Below are positions 35,941-49,125 of a DNA stretch of 64,000 nucleotides, one piece after another. The stretch is from Rhina ancylostomus (Eukaryota): contig JARFYF010000029.1 in assembly GCA_030265395.1 (NCBI GenBank), positions 12,134,630-12,198,629 of the forward strand. Reading direction: 5' to 3'. The stretch's first letter is position 1; every line of letters starts with the position of its first letter. Made by a program: the position numbers and the translations under genes. Below the pieces are notes generated by a model. That model worked only from the letters and a program-made list of their open reading frames with translations, did not search any database and was not told the DNA's origin.

Positions 35941-38900
35941 TTATTGATTATTATCGGTACTTTTATGAAGTGGTTATTTCTCAGTTAGAAGCAAGTTGAT
36001 GTGTTGTTTGTCAGTAATTCACCAATTGCCATTCACTCAGTATCTTGAACTTCAGTTCTTTATTCATAATCCAGCACACTTTTCTATGAAGTACTGTCCT
36101 GCAAGTTTCAGTTGAAATTGTTGCTTATTCATAATGTTAATTCATTAGACTTGTATAAGTTTATTTACGGATTGAATGGGATATTACTGGTAGTGAGATC
36201 CATAATTTTGAATATAAAAATAATTGGATAGTTTCTCTACTAACATATGCATTGTTCTTTGAAAATCTTCTGACATTACATCAACTAACTGCTGCACTAA
36301 CCAGACCAGTTTATCCTTTCCATGTTGCTAGCACATTTGACCTCCTGTTGTGCCATTAAGTCCAGCATTAACTCAATCTGCTCAGCTAAGGGCTGAATGC
36401 ATGGTGTATCTGACCGTTCAATTTTATGCCAGCTATAGCTGAAGGTGGCGTACAAGCAGCAGCCCTCATTTATTTGAATAAGATCATTTACCTTCTTGAT
36501 AAAAGTTCAGCTTATTTTTTTATTCTTCCTATTTTGCTCTATTTAGTTTTCAATGGTACAATGTATTTTAAAACATCAACAACATTTAAAACACTGAAAG
36601 ATGCCTTTCACATCCAGGAGATGTGGGAGGCCATCAGAACATTGCTGGGGCTGTAGAGTGGAGGCCTCCAGGGACACCTCTCCTCTGGGTATCACAGCAA
36701 GTAAGCGTGCCTGGGGATTAGTGCAGGGGGCTGAGTGTGGGCAGCAGGTTGGATGGATCACGGTCTGGTGTATTGTAACAGTCCATTGGGCCTGATCATA
36801 TGCTAACTGTCAACATATGTGGCAAACTATCGATATTGATCCTCTTTAATGTCAGGAAGTTTGGGATGTCACACGTACTTGCAAGTACAAGTCCTGAACT
36901 TACTAATAGATCTGTAAAGCTGATTCTATCAATTAACTCTACTGCTGGACTCCATAAGGACTTCATTGGGTAAGCATGGACTTTGCAGAGCAGATACATT
37001 GGGAAATCTCATAGGTTCTGTGCCAGATCAGACCTGTTGCAGGATCAGTAAGCTCACTGATTTCGATGGCAAATGGAATGGTGGCAACATGGTGCACTGG
37101 ACAGAGTGAACCAGCAGGGCCCAATGTAAGAGGAAGCTGGAAAGGAGAAATGAAAGAATTCTGTGGAAATACATTACACAGCAGAAGTTTTACAATTAGA
37201 ATTAAAACCAATGTATTTTTGGAGATTTGCTCAATACTGAAAACCTTCCACTAACCTTTTACTGCTGTGATCTACTGATAGATTATGATATTTAAAATTT
37301 ATAGTTTGCAAAATGTTTCAAACTACTTAAACATATAATGAGATTTAAAACCATTGTAGAGGACTTATAAGCTTTTGCAGTTCAGCAGCTTAAGTCAACT
37401 TTGGGGAACGTCAACAGTAATTTTTATAGATGGGGTAGAGGACTTGGTCCCAGATTCCCACGTGTTTGCTTCTATTTATCATTGAAACTAGAGTTGTGGA
37501 GGGCCTTGGCAAATGCTTCCTGTTCATTGTGTGAGTCAGTGGAGAATATCTGTGGATCCAAGCGGCTTGTCCTAGTCTCTAAGATTTGGCCCAGCAATTT
37601 CATTGTGATGCGTATCAATCGGGAATGGAATCTGAAATTTGGGAGCATTGGAATAGACGTGTAGGACATTTAGTATCTTGAGACTACTTTGCCTTTCAGT
37701 TTAATCATAAATGATCTGTGACCTTACTCCTTAACAGTCAAAAGTCAATCTTAGATATAAAAGTAACAATTGATCTGGAATCTTTTTCTTTTAATAACAC
37801 AAAGCAGGCCACTGTTTTTCAGCAATAGTTAGTTATGAGCCAAAAGTGATCCATTTCCCCACTTCTTTATGAGATGTGCTGTTGAATATTCTTTTCAGAG
37901 GTTTAACAATATTCTAATCCAGAGGTACATTTCACAGAAAGCAAAATGTAATTAAAAGTAACAAAATATGACTGTTTATTATTCATTTGTGGAATTCACA
38001 AGTTTTGTCAGAGGTATTAATAATGATCTTTGGAAAAACTGGTAGAAAGCTATTGAATGTTACACTCTCTCTTGGTTAATTTTCCCTCTACAGGGGGGAA
38101 AAAAAACACCAGAGTTCTGTTTGAACTGTAAACTCCTTGGTATTCGGTAAAAAGTTATTCTTCCCTGCTCAGTGTGGTTGTTTCTGCACATACACCTGAT
38201 TGACTGGTAACAGGCAGTAACTGTGTACATACAGTACCTGCTTTCATTTCCTAAAACCAATCCAAAAGGCAGAACATGAGGAATGTGCTGAAAGATTCAT
38301 GTGACCTTCATTAGAATAGTTATGAGAGTTTATACAAGGATAACCAAAAGAATATAAAGGCATGCATAATGTGAAATGGAGTTAATGGAAAAAAATTGAA
38401 AAGACAACTGCCCACTACCTTTTCTTACATTGGACATTATCTTTACTTTTGTTTCCTTTCTCTTTGGCAAGTATATTTTTGCTAAAACATTTCCACCCCT
38501 TCCTCCTTGTTCTAAATCTTTTCTTTCAAACTCTCTCTAAATTTTTAGAAGCACCATCTAGTTGTTTATAGTCTACTCCCCATCTTAAAGCTGCATGTAA
38601 AATCCAGAAAGCTCATTGAAAATGTTGTTATATTACATCAAGCAGCTGGTCTGAAGTTGCCTTGGAACTGTAAATGGAGACTTTGCTTGTGCCTGTAAAA
38701 ATGAGGTTAGTATCTAATTTCCACTGCAATTCTTCTAGCAGAGCAGCAATGAAATTCTAGGATGTTGGTTTCCTCACTGGAATTTGTTTCTTTTCCCCCT
38801 ATTATTTTGTTCTGGGAGTTGCTGAGTAATGCAGTAATTTATCAAAGTCAGTAAATGTTGCCAAGTTGTTTGCAACATGAAAGGTTTTCCCCCATTTGTA

Positions 38901-40199
38901 AATAGTGTTTGATATCTAGGAAGAGGAGAAAACAACAGGAATTAAGTACTCTGATTATATTCCATCTTATCACAAAGTTTAAAGGACTCAAATAGTTTCA
39001 CAAAATTAAATACTTTGCAAATGGAGTAATTATAAATATAGAAATTATGAGGTAGAGTTTCTGCTTAGTCACACTAGTCAAACCAGGACAATCTGGTGAA
39101 ATCTGTCAGAGCAACACAAAAGATTGGGGCATTATGAAAATGAGACTTTTGAAAATTGTACCCAAAATTACCATGTTCTAAGTTTGGAATCCAACAAAAG
39201 AAAGCTGCTTTTGAAGAGGCAAACCTGTAATAAGTCACAACTATACTCACCTCCCTAATCCCATTTTTCAGGTATTCTGCATACCTAACTCAAAAGACCA
39301 AAACACACACACCTGGCTATTTTCAGAAACAGAAGTAAACAGAACAAAGTCCCCCACAGGCCAATCATTTTGCAGCCTCCACAGCACAGTACATCCACAG
39401 AGAAATAAACTCGCAACCTGGCCAAACTTTTATCGTGCTTTCAAGCTGTTTGCAAGCAATGTGAAGTAAAGTTCATAAATTATTAATATTAACACAGAAC
39501 TGAATACTTTTGGCTGCCAGCTGCTGCTTAATTTATAAAATTGCTTTAATGTAGAAAATTTCACAGCAGCTTAATAAAGCATTTCACAGCAGCATGATTA
39601 ATAAAGTAGACATTGAGCTAAAGCAGATATGATAAAGGGTGATTACCAAGGTAAAAGAAGAACAATTTCATATTTATGAATTTCAGTTTTGGACTTGCAG
39701 CCAACCCTCAGCTCCCCACCCTTCTGCCAACCCATATGTCTCTGTGCCTACCTTTATAAGACATGCTTATTCATGAAGATCTGTATCAATTCAACCAGCA
39801 GCCTTTTTTACAGAGAAATATTCCCAACCTGTTCAATCATTTTTGATCATTGTCACCTCTACGTCCTTGTAGATCTTTTTTCACTTCTCTGGTGCTCTAT
39901 ATCCTTTATATAACATTGAGACCAACACTCTGCAGTGTTGTTTAGCAAAGTTCTATGCAAATTTAACATGATATCTCTTCTTTTCGATTATATTCTGCTA
40001 GAAATGAAAGTCTGAATATTTTGTTTGCTTTATTCTATGATGTTCGTTGTCACCTTTTTCACCAATTTGTATAATTATACCCTGAGATCCAGTATCCCAC
40101 TTAATCTTTTTCTTTAGTGAGTGTGCTGCTTCCTTATCCCACGTACCTCTGAAAAGAAGAACCTGGTGGAGAAGTTATAAGGAAATTCCAGAATGTGAC

Positions 40200-41180
40200 T
40201 GAACATGTACCAAAATGTGTTGTCCTCAGTCTCTACTACAAACTCTTGTCCATTCCCACTATCTCTATTCTGTTCTTTGTTCAAGGTGGAATCAGATTGA
40301 TTGCAACAGTGGTATCAGATTTGACCCTGAAATGAGTTTCAGGCCATATATCCAAGCAATTACTCCCACAACGTTGCTTGACTCTACTTGTGCCTCAACT
40401 GATATGCTGCTGAAGCATCATCCAAGCTGTCATTACCTCCAGGCTTGACTATTCCAATGCATTTCCATCTGCCTCTCCTCAGTCTATCCTCCATAAACTT
40501 GGGAACATCCAGAGCATTTGCCTCTCTTGCTGCCCTGGTTACCAATCTTTTTATTTTGTCAGTTCATCAGGATTAAAAATGACCTCCTGCTTCTCTGGTT
40601 TGTGGGGTCTGACTTGCCGATGAGCCCAATATGGGAACTACAGGCTCTTCTGCAGACTGGGCAGAAGGAGTGGAGGTTGGTTGCGTAGTTTGTGAAGTGG
40701 TATACCCTTTCTGCTACTTGCACCAGGGCTCTTTGTGTTCTCAATCCATGTGCTTAGTTTCTCAATACCATCTCAAAAGTTCCTTCTCCAGTTTGAGTGG
40801 TCATGGGCTAGAGATTCCCAGAAGTCAGTGGGGACATTGCATTGTTCACACTTCGGCTCTGAGCTTGCTGACTTACCTTGGTTTCTGGTTAAGCAATGTT
40901 TCAATTTTAAAATTGCTTTCACATTCCTCGTTATCTCTGTAACCTCTTCCATTTCCCTATTTTAACTCCTTCAGCACCCCTTGTTTTAACCATTCCACCA
41001 CTGGCTGATATGTCTTTGATTGCTGAGGCCCTAAGCTCTAAATTCCGTCAGTATTGTTCTATGGTTCTATGGTTCACCTCTGACCCTCTTTCCTTCTTTA
41101 AAACACCACTTTAAATTCACATCCATCTGCCCTTAATAGTTGTTGCTTGATATCACATTTTTCTTGCTATTGCTTCTCTG
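40200..41180 (+). mobile_element. L2 LINE fragment split by a nested RTE element
   Basis: FDPEMSFRPYI and SRLDYSNA-like motifs before 40545; LADLPWFLVKQCFNFKI after 40860. Confidence 0.75.
40553..40850 (-). mobile_element. RTE (BovB-like) LINE 3' fragment
   Basis: Minus-strand peptide CPVCRRACSSHIGL matches the RTE C-terminal CxxC..C.SxIGL motif. Confidence 0.7.
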
Positions 41181-43297
41181 AAGTGCCTTTTGTATGCGAT
41201 GAATACACAATGTGGGTGTATGTGGTTAATGCCACAGCAGATAATGTGTGACGGGGAGAGGGATGCACAGAGGGCTAAAGTCAGAAGAATGGATTATTCT
41301 GGAGGAGATTTTGAGGATGGGAGGTAAGGAAATGAAAATCCATGATAGAATTTCAGCACAAGTGTGAGGTTGTACATTTGTGACATTGAGAAACAGGAAG
41401 CCCAGTGTAGGTCAGGAAATGCTGAAGTGTTGGATGAATGTAAGGTCTAAGTGAAAGACATGTTTGTATAGATAGATGTTTATGAATGGTTAAGTCTCGA
41501 GGTGGAAATGGCATTGAAGCAGACTTCAGTGGAAAATGTATAAAGGCGGGGTGGTAAAAGTAGGTAGTTTCTGGTGTAGAAAAGTGCCACTAGGTGGAAT
41601 TGTTTATGCAACATAATGTAAGTACTGCTTTTGAGATGAATTCATTGTATATTACTACAATAAGATCAAATAAATTTGAATATATGTCTGTGTCCTGAGA
41701 CTTGTCCAATTGGATTCAAAAACAAGTATCTGGTTTAANNNNNNNNNTAAATTCAAATGTATGTGTTATGTAGATAATTACATTGCAATGAATTCACTTG
41801 GTGTTTTAAACTGGTCCAGTAATTTTGCAACTAAACATGTGTTGGCAAATTTATAATGGCATCACTCAGAGCCAAAAGAACTTCAATATTTTGCAATTAT
41901 TTGTCTTCTAAATGCATGCAAAATAAAGCCCAGAAGTTTAGGATCAGCAGAATTAAAACAATTATTTTGGTATTTTATTGCTTTTTGAGCAATTTTTATT
42001 AAATTTATCTTGTATGGTTTTGAACAATATTTTGCACAATGTTTAATGTTATGGAATGAATGGTCTATGATGAAGAAATGGTGTGTGCTTGCCCATGGAG
42101 TATTTGTAGGCTTTTGAGCACAGATTTGCTTGTCTATAATCCAATGTGGCATTCTCTGTATTGAATCTGATGTGTGAGAGCTGGACAAGATATGGCACTT
42201 TTCTTCAACGAATTAGACTGAAGAAATCTCACTGGGACATGGAGATTCTAAACCAGGAACTATAAAATAGATTTAAGTCACACATAGAATCTGAAATAAG
42301 TATTGGGAAAGGGCAATGGAATTGAAAGAGAGGTAAGAGACACAGCAAAAACTAAAAAAAATTCTTGAAAATATTGTATGTGACTCCATATCTATAAAGC
42401 AAATCCTTTAAGGCCAGAGAGTTGGTTTTGCAATAATTATGATTAATGCATCATTAAATATTCATTTGCATCTGAATTTTTTCTACCATGTTTGGTGTGT
42501 GAGCAATGGATGAGTACCACAACTTTACACTACTACATAGATCTGAATGAAGGAACAGCAATACATACCCAGGATAGGATGCTACTTGGAGAGGAACTTA
42601 GAGGTGGTAATGCTCTTTATCTAACTATCCTTCTAAGTGATCCAGATCATTTATTTGGTGGCTGCTGTCACTGAAGCCTCTGGACACCCAAAACGAAATA
42701 TCTATACAGCAGATTCACAAGGCAAATGCTGTTTCCGAATCTGATATGATAGCTGAGCATGGCATAAAGCAGGTGCAAAAGCTGGGAAAATGCCTTTGAG
42801 AAGCAAGTATTCGTTATGTTTTAATAATGATTTTCAAATGAACATCAGCTTTTAAAAAACATTGTTTTTGGTGTTTTATTAGATTACAATTGTTAAACCT
42901 ACTAAATTTCATTGAGGGCAAAAGTAAGAAGGGCCTTGTACATTTAAAAAAGAATAATGAGCTATTTACAGGTCTTCAATACTGTAGTAGCACTAAATTA
43001 CGTGCATGTTTAACTTTCATGTCAACTTTAAGACTACGTGTTTTCAACAGCTAATATTACAATAAAGTTAGAATTAAAGAAGATTCAAAACTTAATGTAT
43101 AATTGATATTAAATGTTTCACATTTATTTTACATGTGTATTTGTTTTTACAGTAAAATATTGATTTTCTTGATTGTAGTGAAATGTGAAAATTATTTCCT
43201 TTTCCAGTATGTTAAACTATATTTATATTTTAAGTACATTCTTTATAATACCTATATGAAGCACAACCTTTTTGAAATGTTTTATGATCACTTTTAG

Positions 43298-43424
43298 CTC
43301 TTTATGGAATTTGAAAAATGCAACACATGAAGGTCATATCATTAAAAACGAAGAGCTACATAGATTCCTGAAACCAATTTTTAACCAAGGTTCCCAGAAT
43401 GTTGTTCTATTTCTTCAGAATGAG
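43298..43424 (+). CDS. Ac45-family coding exon 2 (SLWNLKNATHEGHI...GSQNVVLFLQNE), 127 nt
   Basis: TTTTAG acceptor, GAG|GTCAGT donor; THEGHI and NVxLFLQ motifs of ATP6AP1. Confidence 0.95.
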
Positions 43425-43519
43425 GTCAGTGGTAGCTATATATTACATCAAAGTTTATGCCACAGTTCCTGTTAAACATTTTGTGATGTGTACTCTGATT
43501 TTTTTTGTTTGCTTCATAG

Positions 43520-43588
43520 CTTAGTGTTGAAGACTTCACACGTTATGGTCCTCATAATGGAGATAACGAAGCATTCTACAATGTACAG
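43520..43588 (+). CDS. Ac45-family coding exon 3 (LSVEDFTRYGPHNGDNEAFYNVQ), 69 nt
   Basis: CATAG acceptor, CAG|GTAAAT donor; LSxEDFTxYG motif. Confidence 0.95.
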
Positions 43589-43774
43589 GTAAATACAGCC
43601 ATGCTACCAGTATTTTTGGTGTTTATGAAAATGAAATAATGTAAGTGGGATGTAGGATTCAACACTTACAACCTCAGCCACCTGGATTAACAAGAAAAAG
43701 TATTTTCTGTCCTAAGAAATTCCATTAAATTGTAACAATGTATGACAGAAATTCTATAAAACATTGAAAAAAGA

Positions 43775-44172
43775 AAGAACAAAATTGCATTTGTATAGAT
43801 TCTTTCATGACCTCGGAATATCTGACCTTTTGAAGAGTTTCACAGTATTAATGTGTAAATAGTTGTCAATTTCCATTCAGCAAGTTCTCACTAGCAGCAT
43901 TGAGATACATGATCATATTATCCACTTTAATGATGTTGTCCGAGGGAAGATTATTGACCAGGATATTTGGAATGACTTTCCTGCACAGGGCCGTGATATC
44001 TTCTTGTTAGAGCAGAGGGCTCTTGATTAAATATCTCATTTCGAAAGACAAAATTTCTACTTGAGGGATACTGCACCATTGCATCGGTCTGGATTAATGT
44101 GCTTGAGCCTGTAGAATAGATCTTGATCCTGCAATTTTCTGACTGTGAAATAAGAGTGTTATGACTGAGCAG
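43775..44172 (-). mobile_element. Deu-domain SINE (SacSINE1/AmnSINE1-like), diverged
   Basis: TTGCATTTGTATAG..TTTCATGACCTC tail, GATGTTG..GAGGGAAGATTATTGACCAGGA and TCTCATTTCGAAAGAC core, tRNA-like head near 44110-44170. A plus-strand tail of the same family lies at about 48045-48125. Confidence 0.7.
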
Positions 44173-44339
44173 AAACAAGCAACTGTCCCTGCTTAGAACT
44201 TCAATTATAAAAATTTCTTCCACTTTGCTACACTCTTTAGTTTTAAAGCTATTTAGAAACCTTTAAATGCTCATAGTCTTTAAAAGTGCAGCATCCACCA
44301 TTTCCAGCAGGCCTGTTTTCTTTTGCTGATGTTTATAAA

Positions 44340-44910
44340 CTATAGAACCATAGAAAACTACAGCACAGAAAACAGGCCATTCGGCCCTTCTAGTCTGTGC
44401 CAGAACAATATTCTGATAGTCCCATTTACCTGCACCAGCCCATAACGCTCCAGACCNNNNNNNNNNNNNNNNNNNNNNNNNNNNNNNNNNNNNNNNNNNN
44501 NNNNNNNNNNNNNNNNNNNNNNNNNNNNNNNNNNNNNNNNNNNNNNNNNNNNNNNNATCTGAGAAACAACCATCCACAACCACTCTCTGTCTTCTCCCAC
44601 TCAGCCAATTTCGAATCCAGTTTACAACCTTTCATGGATACACATTGACTGAACCTTCTGAACTAATCTCCCATGTGGGACCTTGTCAAAGGCCTTAGTA
44701 AAGTCCATGTAGACTACATCCACAGCCTTTCCTTCAGCTACTTTCTTAGTGACCTCCTCAAAAAAAACTCCACAAGATTCGTTAAACACAATCTACCTCG
44801 CACAAAGCCATGCTGACTATCCTTCATCAGCTCTTGGCTGTCCAAATACTTGTCTGTCCTATCTCTCAGAACACCTTCCAATAATTTACCTGCTATTGAT
44901 GTCAGGCTCT
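44340..44910 (-). mobile_element. Young CR1 LINE, interior collapsed into a 100-N gap
   Basis: Tail ATAGAACCATAGAAAACTACAGCACAGAAAACAGGCC. Right of the gap the minus strand gives DVVYMDFTKAFDKVPHGRL. Confidence 0.9.
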
Positions 44911-46689
44911 ATTAGTTTAGCGAACTATTCATTGTTCCTCAAAGTATATGAACAGAATGGGAAATGTTAGGAGGGAGAATATTTACCGTGAGAATATAGC
45001 TGATTTTGAACATAGAAGAGCTGCTTTTTTTTTGTTCTACATGAAACAAATTTTGGTTTAACACCTGTGTGAATTTCTTTACAGAGAAGTGAGAGTTGCT
45101 CTGCAGGAGAGAGAATAACTGCATATCGAAATCACTCCAGAAGATTATATTGCAATTATTAATTCTTCTTAGCATTCACCAAATAAGTCTATGATGCTTA
45201 AAGATATTCAAAGCAGAATAAAACCACCGTGAATTCAGCATTTAAATAACAATGAGTAATGAGAATGCTGCTTTCTCAACAGAAGTTTCTGGTCACTGAT
45301 ATACTAGATGTAATTGGCAATGCAGGTTAAGATGAATGAGTTATCACAATTGATCTATGCTTAAATCTAACCTCCAACAGACCGTAGAGATTGTTCATAA
45401 ACAGTTAAATGTCATAATAGTTAACTTTATCTATCTCAAATCATTAAATCAGCTGCTATAGGTAAATGTTCTTGGCAATGGCAGTACATGTAACTGGATA
45501 CACCTCTCCTTGGGTCAAGTTCTACTTAAGTAATGGAGATGTGATGGAAGTCTTCACATCAGGGTGACCATTTTATGTAATGGTGTGCAAAGAATCACAA
45601 AATGGCATTGGACTGTTCATAGTAGATTCTGCTTGCTTGCTGCCTACAGTATTCCCACAGCCACATGTACTTATTTTGATCCGATAGGACCAAACATTTT
45701 TCAAGCCTTGTTGCCACAGCTATGCTGTAAAGCAGTGTTGTCTATGAGCAGTGACTGGGCATCTGGTGATGGACCCTGAGACCCCATCCTCAGACCATCC
45801 TGAGACCATCCTGATAGCCCTTTGACAGCCCAACAGACAAATTTAAAAACAGTCAAATAGATTTGAATAATGAAGTAATGAAAAACTATGAAAGAATAAT
45901 GAATTTACTTAAACTACCCTAAAGTGATAAAAATTAATGAAAAACATTGAGAGTAAAAATAAGCAAACTACTTTCTTGACCTTTCCTTACAATTCAACTA
46001 GGCAACCCCAATCAAATGAGTGGGTCAATGCTATATGTGCCATCCTTGGCTGGCAAGTAGCTGAGAATCTGGATGTAAATTGCTTCTGACCCTCACCTCA
46101 GCATTCTGAGCTAAGCTTCTGGAGAGAGTGCTGTTCCAATGTGGATTGAGAGGTCAAATGTGCCAGCACCTGACCTTCACCTCATCTTTGACTTCTGTGT
46201 TATAATGCACAGGCATAGAAGTCAGGAACAAGTTAGGCTGTGCATTACTGCATGCCTTTTATGTCAATTGCATTGGAGCTCCTTACTGCAAGTGGAAAAC
46301 TGGTAGGAAAAGTAAAGATTCTTGCTCATTATTACTACAGGAAGGTTTTTCAGCTATTCCTTCCTAACAGAATTTACTTGACAGCTTTTATTATGATTTA
46401 TCTATAGACCAGGCCCTTACTTAGTTTGAAACAACTGACTTGTTTTGAAAGGTAGTCAAAGAAAACTCTATTCAGGTTTTTTTTAAAGTAATAATGTAAT
46501 ATGGGGCAATCAAAATGGCAGTGACTTCACTGCGATTGAATTTGTGATGCATAAGTTCAATTACAGTAATGGAAAAAAACAAACACAATGCACCTGAGTA
46601 GCAGAAGCATAATGGAAAAAATTGCAAAGTCTGGGAATCCAATTAAACTAACAGCACAACTTTTAATTAATTTCCATTTCTTTTATTCT

Positions 46690-47480
46690 TACATATGTTG
46701 TGTTGCTGGCAAGGTCAGCATTTATTATCTATCCCTAATTGCCCTTGGGATGATGGTGATGGGCATCTTTTTGAGCCTCTCCAGTCCTTGTGCTGCAGAA
46801 AGGAAGAGAGTTCCAGGATTTCTACTCAGAGGCAATGATGAAACAATGACATTTTTCTAAACAGGGATGGTGTGTAAATTGGAGAGTGACTTGGAGACAT
46901 TAATAGTCCCTTACCTCTCCTGAGTTTGTACTTCCAAGTGATGAAGGTTACCACTTTGGGAGGTACTTGCTGCTATGCTTTTTGTAGATCAGGCAAGCCT
47001 GCAATCACTGTGCACTGGTGATGGAGAGAGTTGACGGTGATAAATGGGGTACAAGTCATGTGGTCGTTTGGTCTTGCGTTGTGTTGAACTGCACTAATCT
47101 AAGCAAGTGGAGAGTATTCCATCACTCTCCTGAACTGTGCCTTGTAGATGATGAAAAGGCTTTGGTGAGTCAGGTGTTCGTGCAACCACAGTTATATGCT
47201 CTAGTTATGTTTCTGGTCAATGGTGACTTTCCAGCCAAGGATCTTGATGATGGGTAATTATGTAATGGTAATGCCATTGAAAGTCATGGGAAAGTAGTTT
47301 GATTTCCAGTATTGCAAGTAATCCCTGCAGTAATTTATGTGGTGTGAATGTATTTGTTACCCATCAGCCCAAGCCTGATTGCTGTCCAGACCTTGCTGCC
47401 TGCAGGCATGAACAGCTTTACTTTCTGAAGTATTGTGAACTGAATTCTGAATCTATCAATGAATAGCCCCCTTCTCAACA
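46690..47480 (-). mobile_element. CR1-clade LINE 3' fragment (same family as 6700-7085)
   Basis: Begins TTGCTGGCAAGGTCAGCATTTATT..ATCCCTAATTGCCCTTG. Confidence 0.7.
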
Positions 47481-48943
47481 TGTGATGCAAGGAATGTCTT
47501 TAAAACTGGCTTCTGTGCTTTCGAGGAACTCGGGAGGAGGCAGAGATGATTCATCTGCTTGAGACTTCTGTCTGATGATTTCTTTTAAAAGGATAATTCC
47601 ACATTTTCTAATCTCTTCACAGGAGTCCTTCATTCTAAGTTTGATCCTTATCAGTTTCTCCTGTACTATATCCAAGACAGTACAATCCTTTTTAAGTGTG
47701 GTGCCCAGAGTTGTACACAATATCCAGCTGAAGCCTGACCTGTGATTTTTTTTCAAGATTGAGTATCACTTGCTGTTTTTTGTATCCAGTCAACCTATTT
47801 ACAAAGCGAAAAATCATGCCCATGTACTTTGTCAGCTTATCAACTTGCCCTGCCATCTACATAGATTTGTGAGCATGCACCTTTCCTGTTCCTTTCCTGT
47901 ACTGTGCTATGTTCTATATTTTGTCTGCAAGCCTGCAATGCAGTTGTGCTCTGACAACACAAGCTGACCCTCTATTTCAATGCCACCTGTTTATAATTGT
48001 ACCACTACAATAAAATGGTGCTATATTTCTTATCACAATTTCTGTTCTTCAAAAGTATTTTATTGGCTGTAAAACACCTCGAAGGTCCTGAAAGGCACGT
48101 GAAAAGTGATATATAACAGCATCTTTATATTCTTTCTGCAAGTTTCTTATAGTTAGCTATTTACCCTATGACCCCTTAGTTATGTTTTCCTCTGTTTCCT
48201 ATCTCTAGTTCTCTATCCTTACTCTGAATTTTCTTAATGCAGATATTATCAAATGAGAATGAGAGAGAATTTTTTTTATAATTCATCATAATTGCTCAAG
48301 CTTTCTGTGAAATCCATTCCAGTTTTAAACCTGAACTAGCTATTCCATGTGAATAGGTTTGGGTGAACCACCAGATAACATTATATCAGGTCACTATCTA
48401 TATTAAAATGCCCCATTTAATAATCTTAACATGTTCGTTTGAGTTCCACTTTCTTTGCCAAGTCTGGTGTGATCTTCATATGTATAATGCACAAATCTTT
48501 ATAACAACAATGCTATGGGCCAGCTGAACAAAACAAAAGCTAATTTGTCCATCTCTGAATTTGTTGTGTCCATATGTTTAATAAAATTTCAGGATGTTTT
48601 CTTATTTCCTGCACATGCATAAAACCAAGCATTTCCAAACAAATATCCTTTTCAGATATTAACAAGCTAGGTTTATTTTGCTCCTTTTCTTGCACCTATG
48701 TTAAAGTGGGATCAACTCCAATATACTTCACAATCAAGTAATAAATGGTTGTTTAATTTTATGTTTTTTCTCGTTGGCTGAAGNNNNNNNNNNNNNNNNN
48801 NNNNNNNNNNNNNNNNNNNNAATCTCAGTCTTAATAAATTATTGAGTATTTTAGGATTACCACAATATCACTCTGCATGACAGGCAATAGATCTGTCAAG
48901 TTTATTTTCTGAATTTGATCAGTGAAATTTATTTTCTTTCCAG

Positions 48944-49125
48944 CAATCCCTTGACACTTCAAACTCATCCTTGGTTCTGCCAGCAGTTGACTGGAGGGCG
49001 ATAAAACATCTGAAAGAAAATCTAAATTGGACAAAAGTTCAAATTGACCATGGTCAGGAGATAGAACTAGAAGTGGATCCTTCAAAACAAAATCTAATTG
49101 TAATAAACTTGGAACCAGTTGATAG
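48944..49125 (+). CDS. Ac45-family coding exon 4 (QSLDTSNSSLVLPAVDWRAIKHLKE...NLIVINLEPVD), 182 nt
   Basis: TTCCAG acceptor, ATAG|GTAAGT donor; SSLVLPAVDW motif as in ATP6AP1. Confidence 0.95.

Noticed and set aside
45773-45815. Short degenerate 12-bp tandem repeat (GACCATCCTGA-like)
   Set aside because: Ordinary slippage repeat with no spacers; not CRISPR-like.
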